Part shown: positions 28,027 through 41,966 of the stretch, piece by piece
Numbering within the stretch: the stretch's first letter is position 1
Layout: each line of letters opens with the position of its first letter
NCBI GenBank assembly: GCA_964016885.1
Contig: OZ024743.1
Coordinates: 287,742,001 to 287,806,000, forward strand
DNA from: Eledone cirrhosa
Lineage: Eukaryota
DNA length: 64,000 nucleotides
Reading direction: 5' to 3'
Translations under genes and position numbers: made by a program
Notes under the pieces: model-generated
Told to the model about the DNA's origin: nothing
The model's database searches: none
The model's input: only the letters and a program-made list of their open reading frames with translations

Positions 28027-28478
28027 ATTGTTCATGGTGATGTGGTTGTTGCTGTTGCTGTTGTCGTTGAGGTCGTCGTTGTTGTTGTTGTTGTTGTTGT
28101 TGTTGTTAATGGTGATGTGGTTGTTACTGTCGTCGTTGTTGTTGCTGTTGTTATTCTTGTTATTGTTGATGATGGTGATATGGTTGTTGGTGTTTGCAGT
28201 TGTTGCTGTTGTCGTCGTTAGTATTGTTGTTGTTAGTTTTGTTGTGTGTTGTTGTTGTTATTGTTAATGGTGATGTGGTTGTTGCTGTCTGCAGTTGTTG
28301 TTGTTGACGTTTTTCTTTGTTTGTTTCTTTGTTTGTTTGTTGACGTTTTTCTTTGTTTGTTTGTTTGTTTGTTTGTTTGTTGACGTTTTTCTTTGTTTGT
28401 TTGTTTGCTTGTTGACGTTTTTCTTTGTTTGTTTGTTTGTTTGTTTGTTATTGTTGTTGTCGTTATTATTCTTGTTGA

Positions 28479-28894
28479 AGGGCGGTGGATTGGCAGTATC
28501 CGTAGGGAATCTGACGCCATGCTTTGTAGCAAAGAGTTACGGCCCTTTATGATCTGAGTGCAACTTTGCCTTTCATCCTTACGGGGTCGATAAAATAAAG
28601 TACCAGTGACACACTAGGGTCGATTTAATCGACTTTCCCCTACCCCAACATTGCTGGCCTTGTGTCTATATAAGAAAACATTATTATTGTTGATATTATT
28701 GTTGAAGGGCGGTGTATTGGCAGTATCGGTAGAGGGTCAGACGCCATGCTTTCCAGCAGAGTTATGTCCCTTTACGGTCTGAGCTCAAATCCCGTCGAGG
28801 TTAACTTTGCCTTTCATCCTTACGGGGTCGATAAAATAAAGTACCAGTAATGCACTGGGTAATTGCTGGCCTTGTGCCTAAAGTAGAAACAATT
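28479..28894 (+). mobile_element. Two tandem SINE family S copies (28479-28682, 28707-28894)
   Basis: Homology to 15128-15318; followed by a long (TTC)n at ~28935-29118. Confidence 0.8.
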
Positions 28895-29479
28895 ATTATT
28901 GTTGATAGTGATGTTGTAGTTGTTGTTGGTGGTCTTCTTCTTCTTTACTTCTTCTTCTTCTTCTTCTTCGTCTTTGTCGTCGTCTTCTTCTTCTTCTTCT
29001 TCTTCTTCTTCTTCTTCTTCTTCTTCTTCTTCTTCTTCTTCTTCTTCTTCTTCTTCTTCTTCTTCTTCTTCTTCTTCTTCTTCTTCTTCTTCTTCTTCTT
29101 CTTCTTCTTCTTCTTCTTGTCGTTATTACTGTTGATGGTCATGTGATTCTATAGCTGTCTGCAGTTGTTGCTGTTTCCACCGTCGTCGCCGTCGTCGCCG
29201 TCGTCGCCGTGGTTGTTGTTGTGTTCCGCCTTCGTCAGATCTGTACTGTTGATCTAACGTCTTGCAGACAGTCAACCTAATTAGACTTCTGCTTTATACA
29301 ATTGTCCAACGACACAAAGATACTTCACACAGATAGCCACCACTTTCTGACGTCATACAATACTTCAGATAAAAGAAGATAAATCCAACACCAAAAACAA
29401 AAATAAAAACAACGTTTCTTCTTTTGAATCTTTAGTCATGTTGTTGCCTTGTCTTGTGTTTTGTTGTTATCGATAGTGG

Positions 29480-30150
29480 AAGTGGCGGAGGTGGTGATAG
29501 TGGTGGTATTGGTGGTAGTGGTGGTGATGATGGCGATGGTGGAGGTATTGGTGGTAGTGGTGGTGATGGTATTGGTGGTACTGGTGGTGATGATGGTGAT
29601 GGTGGTGGTATTGGTGGTATTGATGGTGATGGTATTGGTGGTAGTGGTGGTGATGGTATTGGTCGTCATGACAGTGGTGGTGCTAGTATCGGTAGTAGTG
29701 GTGGTCACGATTGTGATGGTGGTGGTAGTGGCGGTGATGGTGGTGGTATTGGTGGTAGTGGCGGTGATGATCGTGATGGTGGTGGTAGTGCTGGTCATGA
29801 TAGTGGTGGTGCTAGTATTGGTAGTAGTGGTGGTAGTGATGGTAGTGGCGGTGATGATCGTGATGGTGGTGGTAGTGGTGGTCATGACAGTGGTGGTGGT
29901 AGTGATGGTAGTGGTAGTCATGATCGTGATGGTGGTGGTATTGGTGGTAGTGGTGGTCATGATCGTGATGGTGGTGGTATTGGTGGTAGTGGCGGTGATG
30001 ATGGTGATGGTGGGGGTATAGGTGGTGTTATTGATGGTCGTAGTAATGGTAGTACTGGTGATGGTGGCGGTCATGCGATGGCGCCGCCTTACGTGATGGT
30101 CATGGTGGTAGTCGTTGTCATGATGGTGATGATGGGGTGGCAGTGGTAGT
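29480..30150. repeat. (GGT/GAT)n low-complexity tract
   Basis: Degenerate trinucleotide repeat. Confidence 0.9.
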
Positions 30151-30416
30151 GTTGGTCGTGGGGTGATATCGTCGTTGATATTGATTTGTTGTGCTTAGCC
30201 AAAGGTCAGCCCTCATCTTTGCAGATTTATGGATCAAAGATGTTGCAGTCGTGACAATCCCACATCTATTGTGTTGTGGTGGTGGTGATGGCGGAGAGGG
30301 GAGCATACAGTGATTACATAAGATAGCATTATCCAAAATGTTTTTTTTGTATTTGCTTTTAAATACTGTTAGGTGTCATTTTAGAAAGATTTGGCTATTA
30401 AGGACACGCAAAATAT

Positions 30417-30530
<114 letters not shown>

Positions 30531-30670
30531 GAAAAAATTCAGGACCCCAACAGCTGAGCTCCGCGCCCGTTTCGGCGGCTAGATCCGAACTAAGTCACCA
30601 GTATTAGGACGGCGGGAATCTAGCTGAACTTATCAAGGAGTACAGTCCATATATGGGCATGTAGTCAAAG
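30531..30670 (-). mobile_element. Family E diverged copy with TTGATAA-type HHR
   Basis: Minus strand reads ttgataagttcagctaga..tctagccgcc-GAAA-cgg..cagctg-tt-ggggtcc. Confidence 0.6.
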
Positions 30671-30900
30671 CAAAAAATCCCCACCCCCTCCCGCCAAATA
30701 TTAAAAAAGTTTGTTGTTTTTCTTGTTTTTCTCCGGGAGTAGTCAGTGATCGGGGGTGGGGTGGGGGTGGGGTGGGGGTTTATCCCAGATAAAGATTAAA
30801 TAGTATTGTTTCGGACCACATTATCCAAATTATTCTTCGATGTTTAGCATGAGAGAATGTGATTTTTAGTTTTATTTAAAAGAAGTAGGGCGTGGTATAT

Positions 30901-31087
30901 AATTGCTTCTACTTTTGGCACAAGGCCAGCAATCACCCAGTGCATTACTGGTACTTTATTTTATCGACCCCGTAAGGATGAAAAGCAAAGTTAACCTCGG
31001 TGGGATTTGAACTCAGACCGCAAAGGGACATAACTCTATACTGCAAAGCATGGCATCCGACTCTCTACCGATACTGCCAATCCACCG
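30901..31087 (-). mobile_element. SINE family S
   Basis: Full-length reverse-complement copy. Confidence 0.8.
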
Positions 31088-31284
31088 TCATAATCATTAT
31101 CATTGGCAAACGAAAAAAAAAAAACAAAACATTTTGAGGGGGAAATCTTGCAATTTAAAAAAAATAAAATAATAGAAACGAAAGACACAGAATTCCAAGG
31201 TCTTCGGCCGTTGAGATGGTCTTTGGCAGTTTCAACCCCTTCTTATGATACTGTTGGTCTACCTGAAGTCACAACGTCTGACAA

Positions 31285-32265
31285 CCAAGTCAAAGCGCTG
31301 TCCACCAATACCCTACTATTTGTGTTCGGATAAATGGTCCTATGTCGAAACCATTCAATGTGGCTCTCGGACTCCACCAAGGGCGCATACTCTTGCCTCT
31401 CCTGTTAATGGACAGGATTAGCAGGCACAGCTGGGTTGGAAGTGGTATCACGACTGGCAGGTGTAGGATCAGTCGGCTGGAATTTTTAGACGACATGGTA
31501 CAACTTAACTTGTCAGAAGGTGATCTCTGACAAACACTTGATAGGTTTATTAAAGAGCTTTGTCCGGCAGGAATGAAAATCAGTGCTGCAAAGACTGAGA
31601 CATTCATCCTCTCAAAGAAGCCTGTGCAGTGCACTCTACATGTGAATGGAGTTCCACTGAATCAGGTAGAAAGTTCAAGTATCTCGGGGCTGTGTTCACG
31701 AGTGATGGAAGGCAGGAAGCTGAATTAATGTAAAAATTGCAGGAGCTGGTGCAGTAATGCTCCAGCTTCAGCATTCAGTAATCAGAAGAAGGGAGGTAGG
31801 CGTAAAACCCAAACTGACTATCTTCAATGCGGTATTCATGTCAACCCTTACATATTATCATAAATCTTGAGAAATGACCGAAAGAATACGATCGCCAATA
31901 CAATCGGCCGAAATGGGGTTTTTCCGGAGGGTCTTTGAAGTGACGTTAATTAGAATGCCTAGACCAGATAATCGCTCCAGGTAGAGCCGCTACTTCTCCA
32001 AATTGAGAGATCACAACTCCAATATGTGGTTAGAATGTTTCAGGAAAGAATCGTAGGACATATTTTATGGGAAAAAACCAACCGACAGAAGACCCATGAG
32101 TGGTTGAGTAACATCGATGAACTTGGCTGGTTTCTCAGTTAGAAGCTTCTGACAGCACACGCAGAATGGTGTGCTTGAGGACTCTGCCCCTATAACCCTC
32201 CCAGGAATAAGTGGGCGAAGAAGAAGAATAAAAAGAAGAAGGAGGAAGAGGAGGAGGAGAAGAAG
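31285..32265 (+). pseudogene. Decayed RTE-clade LINE 3' fragment (RT C-terminal half) with (GAA)n tail
   Basis: GLHQG..LLPLL..LEFLDDMV..GMKISAAKTE..FKYLG..MTERIRSPIQSAEMGFFRRV, with stops and frameshifts. Confidence 0.85.
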
Positions 32266-32437
32266 ATATATGTACACACACACACATATATATGTACACA
32301 TATATTTATGCGTGTGTACTTACATATTCTATTCTTTTATTAATTTAATGGTTTCAGTCGGCCATGCTGGAGCAATGCCTCAATTTATTTTTTCCACTAT
32401 GTTGTAGCTTTATGTTTGAAGTAGCAGTAGTATTTAT

Positions 32438-32481
<44 letters not shown>

Positions 32482-32941
32482 AAAAAGGGGAGAAGAATAC
32501 TGCATGGTTGCACATGGATTACATATTATAAAATTAGTCCCTCATCAGTGATTTGCCAACCATCATTGGTATTTCATCGCATTAAAAATCAGATACCTCA
32601 GGTTGGTGCGAGCAATAACTAAAATAAGCTATTGGGACAAGTGAAACGCGTAAAGCGAGTGAGAAAAGTAAACAACAGAAGGAAAAGCAAACCGAAGGTT
32701 GGGAAAACAGCAAGCAACATGATAGTTATCCGATCAGCATAAGCTGGGTGAATTTTATGAGCGGTCAGAGAAGCAGACCGTACGCCGTGAATGGGGTGTG
32801 AGAAAGAAGGAACCCCACTACTAGCGAACGGGAGGAAGTGAGAAGGGGAGAAACAGAGAGTGAGCGAGTGGAAGTGCGAGGAAGAGGTCAGTCGAGAGAA
32901 AGTGTTAACTGACAGAGGGGGCGAAAGAAGGTAAGAGAAAC

Positions 32942-33002
<61 letters not shown>

Positions 33003-33107
33003 ATTCATCTATCGTCTGCAAATTAGTAAAGAACAGAAGTTAAAACAAACATTTAACCTAGAACACTAACGGCTATCTAGCACTGATAGAATTGGTCTAC
33101 AACTGGA

Positions 33108-33185
33108 AAATCTAACTCATGTTATAAACACGACAATTGCTGAAAGAAAAAAAGGAACAAAAGAAAACTATAAAAAAATGCATAA

Positions 33186-33216
<31 letters not shown>

Positions 33217-33365
33217 TGTATGTATGTATGTATGTATGTATGTATGTATGTATGTATGTATGTATGTATGTATGTATGTATGTATGTATGTATGTATGTA
33301 TAATTCCTTTGTTATCGTTGGAATTTCTTTCAGCAACTGTCGTGTTTATAACATGAGTTAGATTA
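33108..33365. repeat. ~41-bp inverted repeats enclosing (ATGT)n
   Basis: aatctaactcatgttataaacacgacaattgctgaaagaaa and its inverse at ~33324-33365. Confidence 0.7.
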
Positions 33366-34863
33366 TAATATATATAAAAGAAAAGATAAATGCAAAAGAA
33401 TTCTGCTTCAAACATGGCTGCTCAGATTGGCTGTGTCGCTATCAGTCGCTGAACTATTTGTAGATATCAACGTTGCTAGTGGACATGTAAATAGGAAGAT
33501 AACAGGAACATATCAATGGATTCGTCGTAATTCATTGATTTCTATTATTTGAACTGGACATAATAGCTTTGTATGTTTTTAATTGAAAAATACTGTTTTT
33601 TTGTTTTTACTTAATTGTTTGTTTATTGTTGTTGTTGCTATTGTTTTTACTGTTGTTGTGGATGTGGTTGTTATTGTTTAGTTAGTTCTGGTGAAGAAAA
33701 CGCATGCTTAAGATTTACAATGGAAAAAGAACATGCGATGTTGGTGTCATCAATATTTTCTTTCTATGATAAGAGAAACAATGATTTAAAACAAATTTCT
33801 TCTAGGCAGAAACTTTAGGAGTGCAGGACAGCAGAAGTAGTATCTCACTGAAAAATGTCCACCCTATTCTAGCTACTATGTTTTCAGTGCGTGTCAATGG
33901 AAACGCTTCTTTTTGACAATTGCTGAGAATTTCAAGAACCGAATGTGTAAGTAAAATATAATAGCACAGACGAGAAGTGAACTTGCATTTCAGACAAAGC
34001 AGTGATGGCTGCTATTTCTCGGTAAATAAGGACCAATTCTAGGGTGGGTGATTAGCGGAGTCTTTATCGCATCGTACGGGATACTCTGCAGTATTTACCC
34101 TGGCTCTGTGTGTTCTGAGTTCAAATCCTGACATTTGCACCTGGGAAAATGGTAACTTAATAGGATTATAGTTATTGTCATAAAAATACAAGAAACCTTT
34201 TATGCGATGTACCCTGGTAGAAGGGCCGGCTAAACATTCACAGATGTGAGCTGTTACATCAACAACGGCAATACACAAAACACAATGCACAGTATACTAG
34301 AAAAATATGGGATGGTCATAACTGGAATGCTATTAATGATGGGTAAATTCTATTTATGGATACAGGCATGGCATTCTAGGAAAGTGCCTTTATCATAGTC
34401 GCCGATCGACTCAAGCCGTGCGAGCACAATTCAGTAGAAGGAAACATTATGGGAGTCCCGCAGATGGATTGAAATTAGAATTTAAAGCTCCATCCATGCC
34501 TCATATTATGTCACACTGAGTCTGCTTGGGGAATTAGGTTAAAGTTACACGTGTCTGTGGAATACTCAGCGACATACATGCTAATTCACGTGTTGGACGT
34601 TTAGTTGATATAGCAACTAATCGTTTAAACAGACGGAAGATCCACCATCATTCCTCCCCAGCGCTGATACACATATAGCTTTATAATAGTCATGTATTCT
34701 TTTACTCGTTTAATTGCTTCAGTCATTGGACTATGGTCATGCTGGGGCATCGCTTTATTGTAGTCCATCATATCGAGTCTAGTAGCTACGTTTTTGATGT
34801 GTGGTTCTTATTTTATCGATGTTTTTTGTTGAACCTCTATGTTACGGGACATAAGCAAACAAT

Positions 34864-34915
<52 letters not shown>

Positions 34916-35828
34916 ACACACAGACACACACACACACCCACACACACACAGACACACACACATACATGCGACGGGTTTCAAATTTCACTCACAAGGCATT
35001 GGTTAACCAAAGGTAATAGTAAAAGACATTTGCCCAAAGTGCCACCTAGTGGAACTGAATCCAACATCACATAGTTGCGAAGCGAGCTTCATATCCCATG
35101 CTAACGCCTATATCTATATTTTGTGTATGAAATAGTTGGCGAAGGTACGAAATTAATATTTTCACATGATACTGAATTTGAATAAAACAAACCTTATAAG
35201 TGATTATGTAACTTCTATTAGGTTTGTTGATTGTGTCTCTTAAAACGAAAGAGGTTACAATCAGTTGTCATTGAAAACTTGGTGTCAGATTCCTTTCTGT
35301 CTCTCTCCCTTTACACTTAATGCACCAGCTATTAATATCACCACATATTAAAAAGGAATCTTAAGACATTAGATAAATAATCAAGCTTAATGATGAATGA
35401 CAGACAATTCATCATCATAATCGTCACCATCAATGTAATGCTGTCATTAGAACCATCTTTAAATGCTTCTTATGCGTGCGTCTAGTACATGTATTCATAT
35501 AACAAGACATTTACTTGTTTTATCAGACTGAAAATGATACTTTATTCAAATTTCAGATAACTAAAATCCAGGACTTGACCGACAGCATCCTTACCGTACC
35601 GGTTGGCATCAAAACCTACTTTATTCTCGCTCCCCGGACTGCAATTTTCTTCTGAAAAATCGGACAGAGTGTATCCTACCTGAGGAAGGGGCCACTTGAG
35701 GCGGAATAACAGATATAGCGGATACCGCTAGCTGTTTTCCTCGGCAATGCTTTCACCAAAATGTCCGTATGGCACAACTGAGATATAGTGCTCAACTAAG
35801 GGTGTAGAATTTGCTTTCCTCCATTTTT

Positions 35829-35927
35829 CGAGGTTAACTTTGCCTTTCATCCTTACGGGGTCGATAAAATAAAGTACCAGTAATGTACTGGGTAATTGCT
35901 GGCCTTGTGCCTAAAGTAGAAACAATT
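35829..35927 (+). mobile_element. SINE family S 3' half
   Basis: Homology to 15128-15318. Confidence 0.75.
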
Positions 35928-36078
35928 ATTTAATATTTTCTCCCCTTTTTTCCCCTCTTTTTCTGGTTTTAATCCTTTTTAAAATACAATTTCAACATTG
36001 CATCCGATCGTTCAATAATAAATTTAACATTTATTAATATATGTTTCTGTATATTATCGAAGACATTTATCGCTATGT

Positions 36079-36113
<35 letters not shown>

Positions 36114-36202
36114 CATATATGTATGTATGGATGGATGTGTGTGCGTGTGCTTATATATGTGCATATATGAATACATTTGCTTATGTTTGTATGTATATAT
36201 AC

Positions 36203-36288
<86 letters not shown>

Positions 36289-36695
36289 TGCGGTGTATGT
36301 GTTCTAATTAGTAGAGCAGGGCCAAACCTTAGTAGTTCTCGTCTAGATAGTCATCTATTGGGATACTATCAATAGGAATAGAGAAATTAGAATAATGTTG
36401 TTTTGTTTCTTCTATTGATAAGAACATCGACGCTATAAACACACACATACCCAGACACACACTCACGCAGGCATATTTATAAGTATCTCTCTATCTCTTT
36501 CTCTTTCTCTATCTATCCATCTATAGCCAACCCCTTCTCTCTCTCTCTCTGTATATATATATATATATATATATAAGTATATGTATGAGCGTGTGTATAT
36601 ATATATATATATGGGTGTATATATATGCGTGTACAAATATTAATTTATTCATAAATATATATATATATATGTATATATATATGTATATATGTATG

Positions 36696-36726
<31 letters not shown>

Positions 36727-37063
36727 GTGTATGTATATATATGTGTGTATCTATATATATGTATCTATATGTATATATATGATATATATTTATACTATAT
36801 ATATATATATATATATACATATGTATGTGTGTATGTATATTAATACTCACACGGCTGGTTAAAGTCGGTGGTGTAATGGGAGTGTATTCTTTAGATTAAA
36901 TACAATCTGTTTACCATTCAATTTGATAGAGGGCCAATGAAGATTCAAATCTTTGGCATTGGAATCAAAGACAATTGATGAAAAATCCTCAAATTCCTAA
37001 TTCCTCTTTGAAAATAGCTGTTAAAAGAAATACCATCACATTCAGTAAATCAACAACAATAAC

Positions 37064-37124
<61 letters not shown>

Positions 37125-37567
37125 ACACACAGATATTAAATAGGCAAATATATATTGAATAGTTATACTTTGTAGTGCAGGGCGAATTGGCGAGAAGGTT
37201 CAATAAAAGGAAAAGATCAGATTTAGAGGCGATAATCAAGTCATACATACATACATACATACATACATACATACATACATACATACATACATACATACAT
37301 ACATACATACACACACACACACGCACATTATAATATATAAATATGATGGACTCTCCCGTCGATATCCGACGTATGAGTGTCCAACAAAAGTTAAACGTGT
37401 GAAAGTGAAATGATGTTGAACTACCCACACAAAGTTTTGTTTTAAGGCTTGTGTAGGACCAACCACACTTTTTGGAACTGACGACACATATCTTCGGTGG
37501 AAATGTTTGCCACGGAAAATACGGCAGCCCTCACATTTTTATGTCTCGGAGTTTAAAAAAACACTAT

Positions 37568-37756
37568 TTGGATGGCCGTTGACTCTGCTGAGTTCCTCCG
37601 CCCTTTGCCGGGTCTTGTATTTCATCCTGCAGGGTGTCCAAATATCACCCAAATATCAACCCTTGGTGGGGTTGCCAGTTTAGTCGCCGACGACCCGACC
37701 ATGAGACAGGATGTATGGGTTACATGTTACCAGTAGCACTCGAGAACGACCTGACA
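37568..37756 (-). mobile_element. Diverged 5' part of family A
   Basis: gttgccagtttagtcgcc..gacccgaccatgagacagg..catgttaccagtagcac shared with family A. Confidence 0.6.
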
Positions 37757-38040
37757 TATACGTGTGCGCGTGCGACATGCACCGCACGCTTCGCACCGGA
37801 TAAATGAACCACCGCTCAGCAACGGCCCCGTCCCTTCTCAATCGAGTGAGCGAAGAAATTAGGGAAGTGACGGATTTTCATCGACGCAAACGCGCACGGT
37901 ACCCGACGACGGCGAACGCCGCCGCAAAACCGGTCGGTGGAAACTGGCCGGCCCGCAAACGACGCCACCGCAACCGAGAGACGCAAGAATGCTCCCGCCT
38001 ATACTACGCCTACCGTGGCCCCCCCCATATATATATATAT

Positions 38041-38111
38041 AGGAAAAAGTTCAGGACCCCGACGGCAGAGCCCAAGCCGTTTCGATGGCTATTTCTGGAC
38101 TCTTACTTCGT
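38041..38111. mobile_element. Family E micro-copy
   Basis: Inverted HHR 3' half joined to the cttcgt|tata long end. Confidence 0.55.
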
Positions 38112-38127
38112 TATATATATATATGTA

Positions 38128-38258
<131 letters not shown>

Positions 38259-38553
38259 TATATATAGAGAGAGAGATAAATATACACGGGTGTGTATGAT
38301 TGTGTATAGAAGATTATATTAATAAAAGGAATTCGAACTTTGTTTGATTTACTCGTTTTATTTACAATCCTTTAAAATGTATAATGGTATTAGAATGAAA
38401 TAGTATGGTAGAATATTAAATGTTAAGTGTTAATTGAACAAGTACTTTCTTGCTTTCGCAATCTTCAGGTTCATAATGTGTGGTGACAGTCAAGTTTGCA
38501 ATTTTCAACTCTAAATAAAACCAGTAAATCAGACAAAGTTGAAATTCCTTTTA

Positions 38554-38647
<94 letters not shown>

Positions 38648-38649
38648 CA

Positions 38650-38746
<97 letters not shown>

Positions 38747-39016
38747 GAAGCACGTAAGGGTGTTGGACTCACGATCATGAAGTCGTGGGTTCGATTCTTG
38801 AGTTGGATGTTAAGTTCTTGAGAAAAACACTTCATTTCACGTTGTTCCAGTATACTCAGCTGAAAATGAGTACCAGCAATAGCTGGGGTTTTTATGCTGC
38901 GATGGACTGGCGTTCTGTCCAGGGAGGATTCTTGTACTGTCAGTCGATAAGCACCGGCCAAATGAGCCTTCTGGCTTAAGACAGACTTTAGACTTATATA
39001 TATATAAATATATATA

Positions 39017-39203
39017 GAAGTGGTTGCACAACAGTTAGTTCACCATACCGAGAACAACACCTCAGCTCGTAATGGACATGGTTATACGGAACCATGTTCA
39101 TTACGAGCTCAGGATCCGCTAAGGTGAAACAATTGTTCTCGGTATGGTGAACTAACTGTTGTGTAACCACTTCTACCTAACTCGTCCCATGGTGCTCTAC
39201 CAC
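39017..39203. mobile_element. Mini-foldback derived from the Penelope-like element's 3' pLTR (family G)
   Basis: Matches 54330-54460 and 56545-56633; HHR remnant ctcagga..GAAAcaattgTTctcgg. Confidence 0.85.
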
Positions 39204-39225
39204 TATATATATATATATATATATA

Positions 39226-39955
39226 ATAAATCTAATCTGTGTTTTTCGAATATTAATAATAACATTCAATACGCTTGCAATTATGCAAACAAGCCTGAAT
39301 TGTATAGCCATGTCAGTAGAATGAACACTTCATTCTTGCTCTTGTGTTGGCATGCGAACAGAACTGCAGACACTAATGTTTCTGGGTATCACCTTTCATC
39401 AGTACAGCTCACTGTTCACCTGCCAAACTGTCAGAGCTAGTGAAAATATATGCTATTTTCAAAAATACACAGTGACTGATCGGCCTGATTTGCATATTAA
39501 CAGACTGGCTGATCAGTCAGATCTGCATATTAGCAGATCCACTGATCAGCCAGATTTGCATATCAGCAGACTGGCCAGTCAGTTTCCTGTATAGGAGCGA
39601 TAAATGGCCGGCTTTGCCAAATTCAAATAAAAAAGAAAATTTCGCTCTCCATAGCTGAATACAATAAATGTATCAGTCACTGTGTATATTTTTGAAAATA
39701 GCCTATATTTTCACTAGCACTGACAGTTTGGCAGGTGAACAGTGAGCTGTACTGATGAAGGGTGATACCCAGAAACATTAGTGTCTGCACATCTGTTCGC
39801 ATGCCAACACAAGAGCAAGAATGAAGTGTTCATTCTACTGACATGGCTATACAATTCAGGTTTGTTTGCATAATTGCAAACGAATCGAATGTTACTATTA
39901 ATATTCGAAAAACTCAGATTACATTTATTGTACTCAGCCATGTAGAGCGAAATTT

Positions 39956-39961
<6 letters not shown>
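39226..39961. mobile_element. Family H foldback; left arm spans one full permuted ~437-bp unit
   Basis: 39226-39478 is the inverse of 39673-39927; 39630-39672 is the inverse of 39921-39961. Confidence 0.85.
39747..39789 (+). ncRNA. Type I HHR (minus copy ~39365-39407)
   Basis: ctgta-CTGATGA-agggtgataccca-GAAA-cattagtg-TC-tgca. Confidence 0.8.
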
Positions 39962-40037
<76 letters not shown>

Positions 40038-40275
40038 GCACACATAAATACACACTCATGTTTCATGCGTTCACAGTATGTGGTGAAATCTCAACTGAAG
40101 GCACTTTCTGATTCGACTAACTGACTAGGGTGAATCGAGCGAACGTGGGAGTTAACCGAAACGGGTTTCAAAGATATCATGTAAAAAGAGGAATTATTCA
40201 TCCATCAATAAATATAGTTAGTTAACACGAAATCGAGAAAGAGTAAATGCTAGCGGTATCAATAGTAGTGATAGT

Positions 40276-40520
40276 AAGCGCCCAGACGAGATAACCCTCT
40301 TCCCGTTCGAAGGAGGTAAACATCTAATATAAGATGCCATGTACTGCGGCACGTTCTCTGTCCAATGTTATCGCTTCTGCCAACAACCCAGGCATTGCCG
40401 GGCATAATGCGGAGCAGAGGAAGAGGAAGCGAAATACCCAAATATCAGGATTTGACCGTCGAGACCTCTGGTGTTCTCGATCCCAGAACTGTCACTGTCC
40501 TCGGCAAAATTTGGAGAAGT
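40276..40520 (+). pseudogene. Decayed restriction-like endonuclease fragment of a CRE-type non-LTR element
   Basis: KRPDEITLFPFEGGKHLI*DA..GHNAEQRKR..KYQDL.VETSGV resembles RPDGLT..PW..GK.L.WDAT..AE..K..KY..L..VET.G. Confidence 0.6.
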
Positions 40521-40679
40521 GCACCCCACCCAAGAAAGGAGTCCCATAGGGTTAAACCTAATATTGTTTGTATAAAACACATACCCCCCCCCCACAAAAA
40601 AAGCGAAAACAATAACCAAAGTAAATCAGAGTTGTTTCATTGAATGTCATCTATACTATTATTATAAAGGACAAATAAA

Positions 40680-40990
40680 TGTTCAGCCACCATAAGCCTT
40701 CAAGCAATTCAAGCTAATGCTTGAAGTATCTTTAAAACTATGAAAGAACAAATAGGAATATACGGAAAACTTCTAAGATTGTAATGGATAGTTTAAACGC
40801 TTCAAGAAAAAAGAAAGAAAGAAAGCATCTATATAATACCCGAGCAACAAGAGAAGCAGAGTATGCCGATGAGCAGTTTGTTGAAACGTTGGATAATTTA
40901 GTCACAGGAGAAGGATGTTTAGCAGAAAAGATTTTTAACGTAAAATAGACTGGATTACATTGGAAAGGGATGCCTGAACGAACATACAAA
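40680..40990 (+). pseudogene. Decayed Tigger/pogo transposase fragment
   Basis: EAEYAD..FVETLDNLVTGEGCLAEKIFNVK*TGLHWKGMPERTY resembles the Tigger FNxDETGLFWKxMPxRTY motif. Confidence 0.7.
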
Positions 40991-41147
40991 TGTTCTAGTG
41001 ACATAGTACATTACCTATGGTTAATTCATTAAAACAAAACCGCTTCTCCTACACCTCATGCGTATAAGCCTTTAATTTATGTCCATATCGACTTATGATG
41101 AGTTAGTTGGAACCAAACTCTCTCTCTTTCTCTCTCGCTCTCTCTCT

Positions 41148-41235
<88 letters not shown>

Positions 41236-41548
41236 TTTCAATTTTTACTGGATTCAGCCATCCAACTGCGCCCATGCTGATACATTGCCGAGAAGGGATT
41301 TAATCGATCATATCGACTTATTCAACCAATCTTTTTATGTAATCGCTAAGTTACGGGACATAACCAAACAAAGGCATGAGCACACTTATACATATGTATA
41401 AATATACACTGGTATCTATCTGTTTGTGGTAAAGCCAATAACGCTGTTAGAACACCATGTAGTACGGAAGTAATCATTCCAACGAGATTTCGTTGAGGAT
41501 TCAAACGAGCTAAAGTGTCATATATATATATAAATATGTGTTGAACAA

Positions 41549-41680
41549 TGTTTTACGATCGTTTCAGAAGGTTGATTGATCATAATAAATCGATATAGTG
41601 ACAAATCGATAGTAGTTATGTAACTCCATTTGAATAGTCTCGATATTATAGATCCATCTCTCCGACTTCGCCAGAAAACA
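41549..41680 (-). ncRNA. Degenerate HHR, family K (related plus copy ~63490-63597)
   Basis: tgtttt-CTGGCGA..GAAA-cgatcg-TA-aaaca; the same tctgaaacgatcgtaaaaca string occurs at ~63576-63596. Confidence 0.45.
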
Positions 41681-41709
41681 AATAATGTATAAATATATAT
41701 AAATATATA

Positions 41710-41791
<82 letters not shown>

Positions 41792-41800
41792 TATATACAT

Positions 41801-41833
<33 letters not shown>

Positions 41834-41915
41834 CACATACATACATACATACATATATATATATACATATATATATACATACATGCATACATATATATAT
41901 ATATGTATATCTATA

Positions 41916-41966
<51 letters not shown>

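Noticed and set aside
29436-30149. Thr-rich mucin-like and Gly-rich ORFs (also 46716-47298)
   Set aside because: Low-complexity trinucleotide tracts
32478-32943. TA-flanked segment with minus-strand CTGATGA near 32543-32549
   Set aside because: No GAAA or stem III partner found, so not called as an HHR
35670-35726. ctgagga motif with gtatcc/ggatac pairing
   Set aside because: No proper GAAA..NUH; too degenerate
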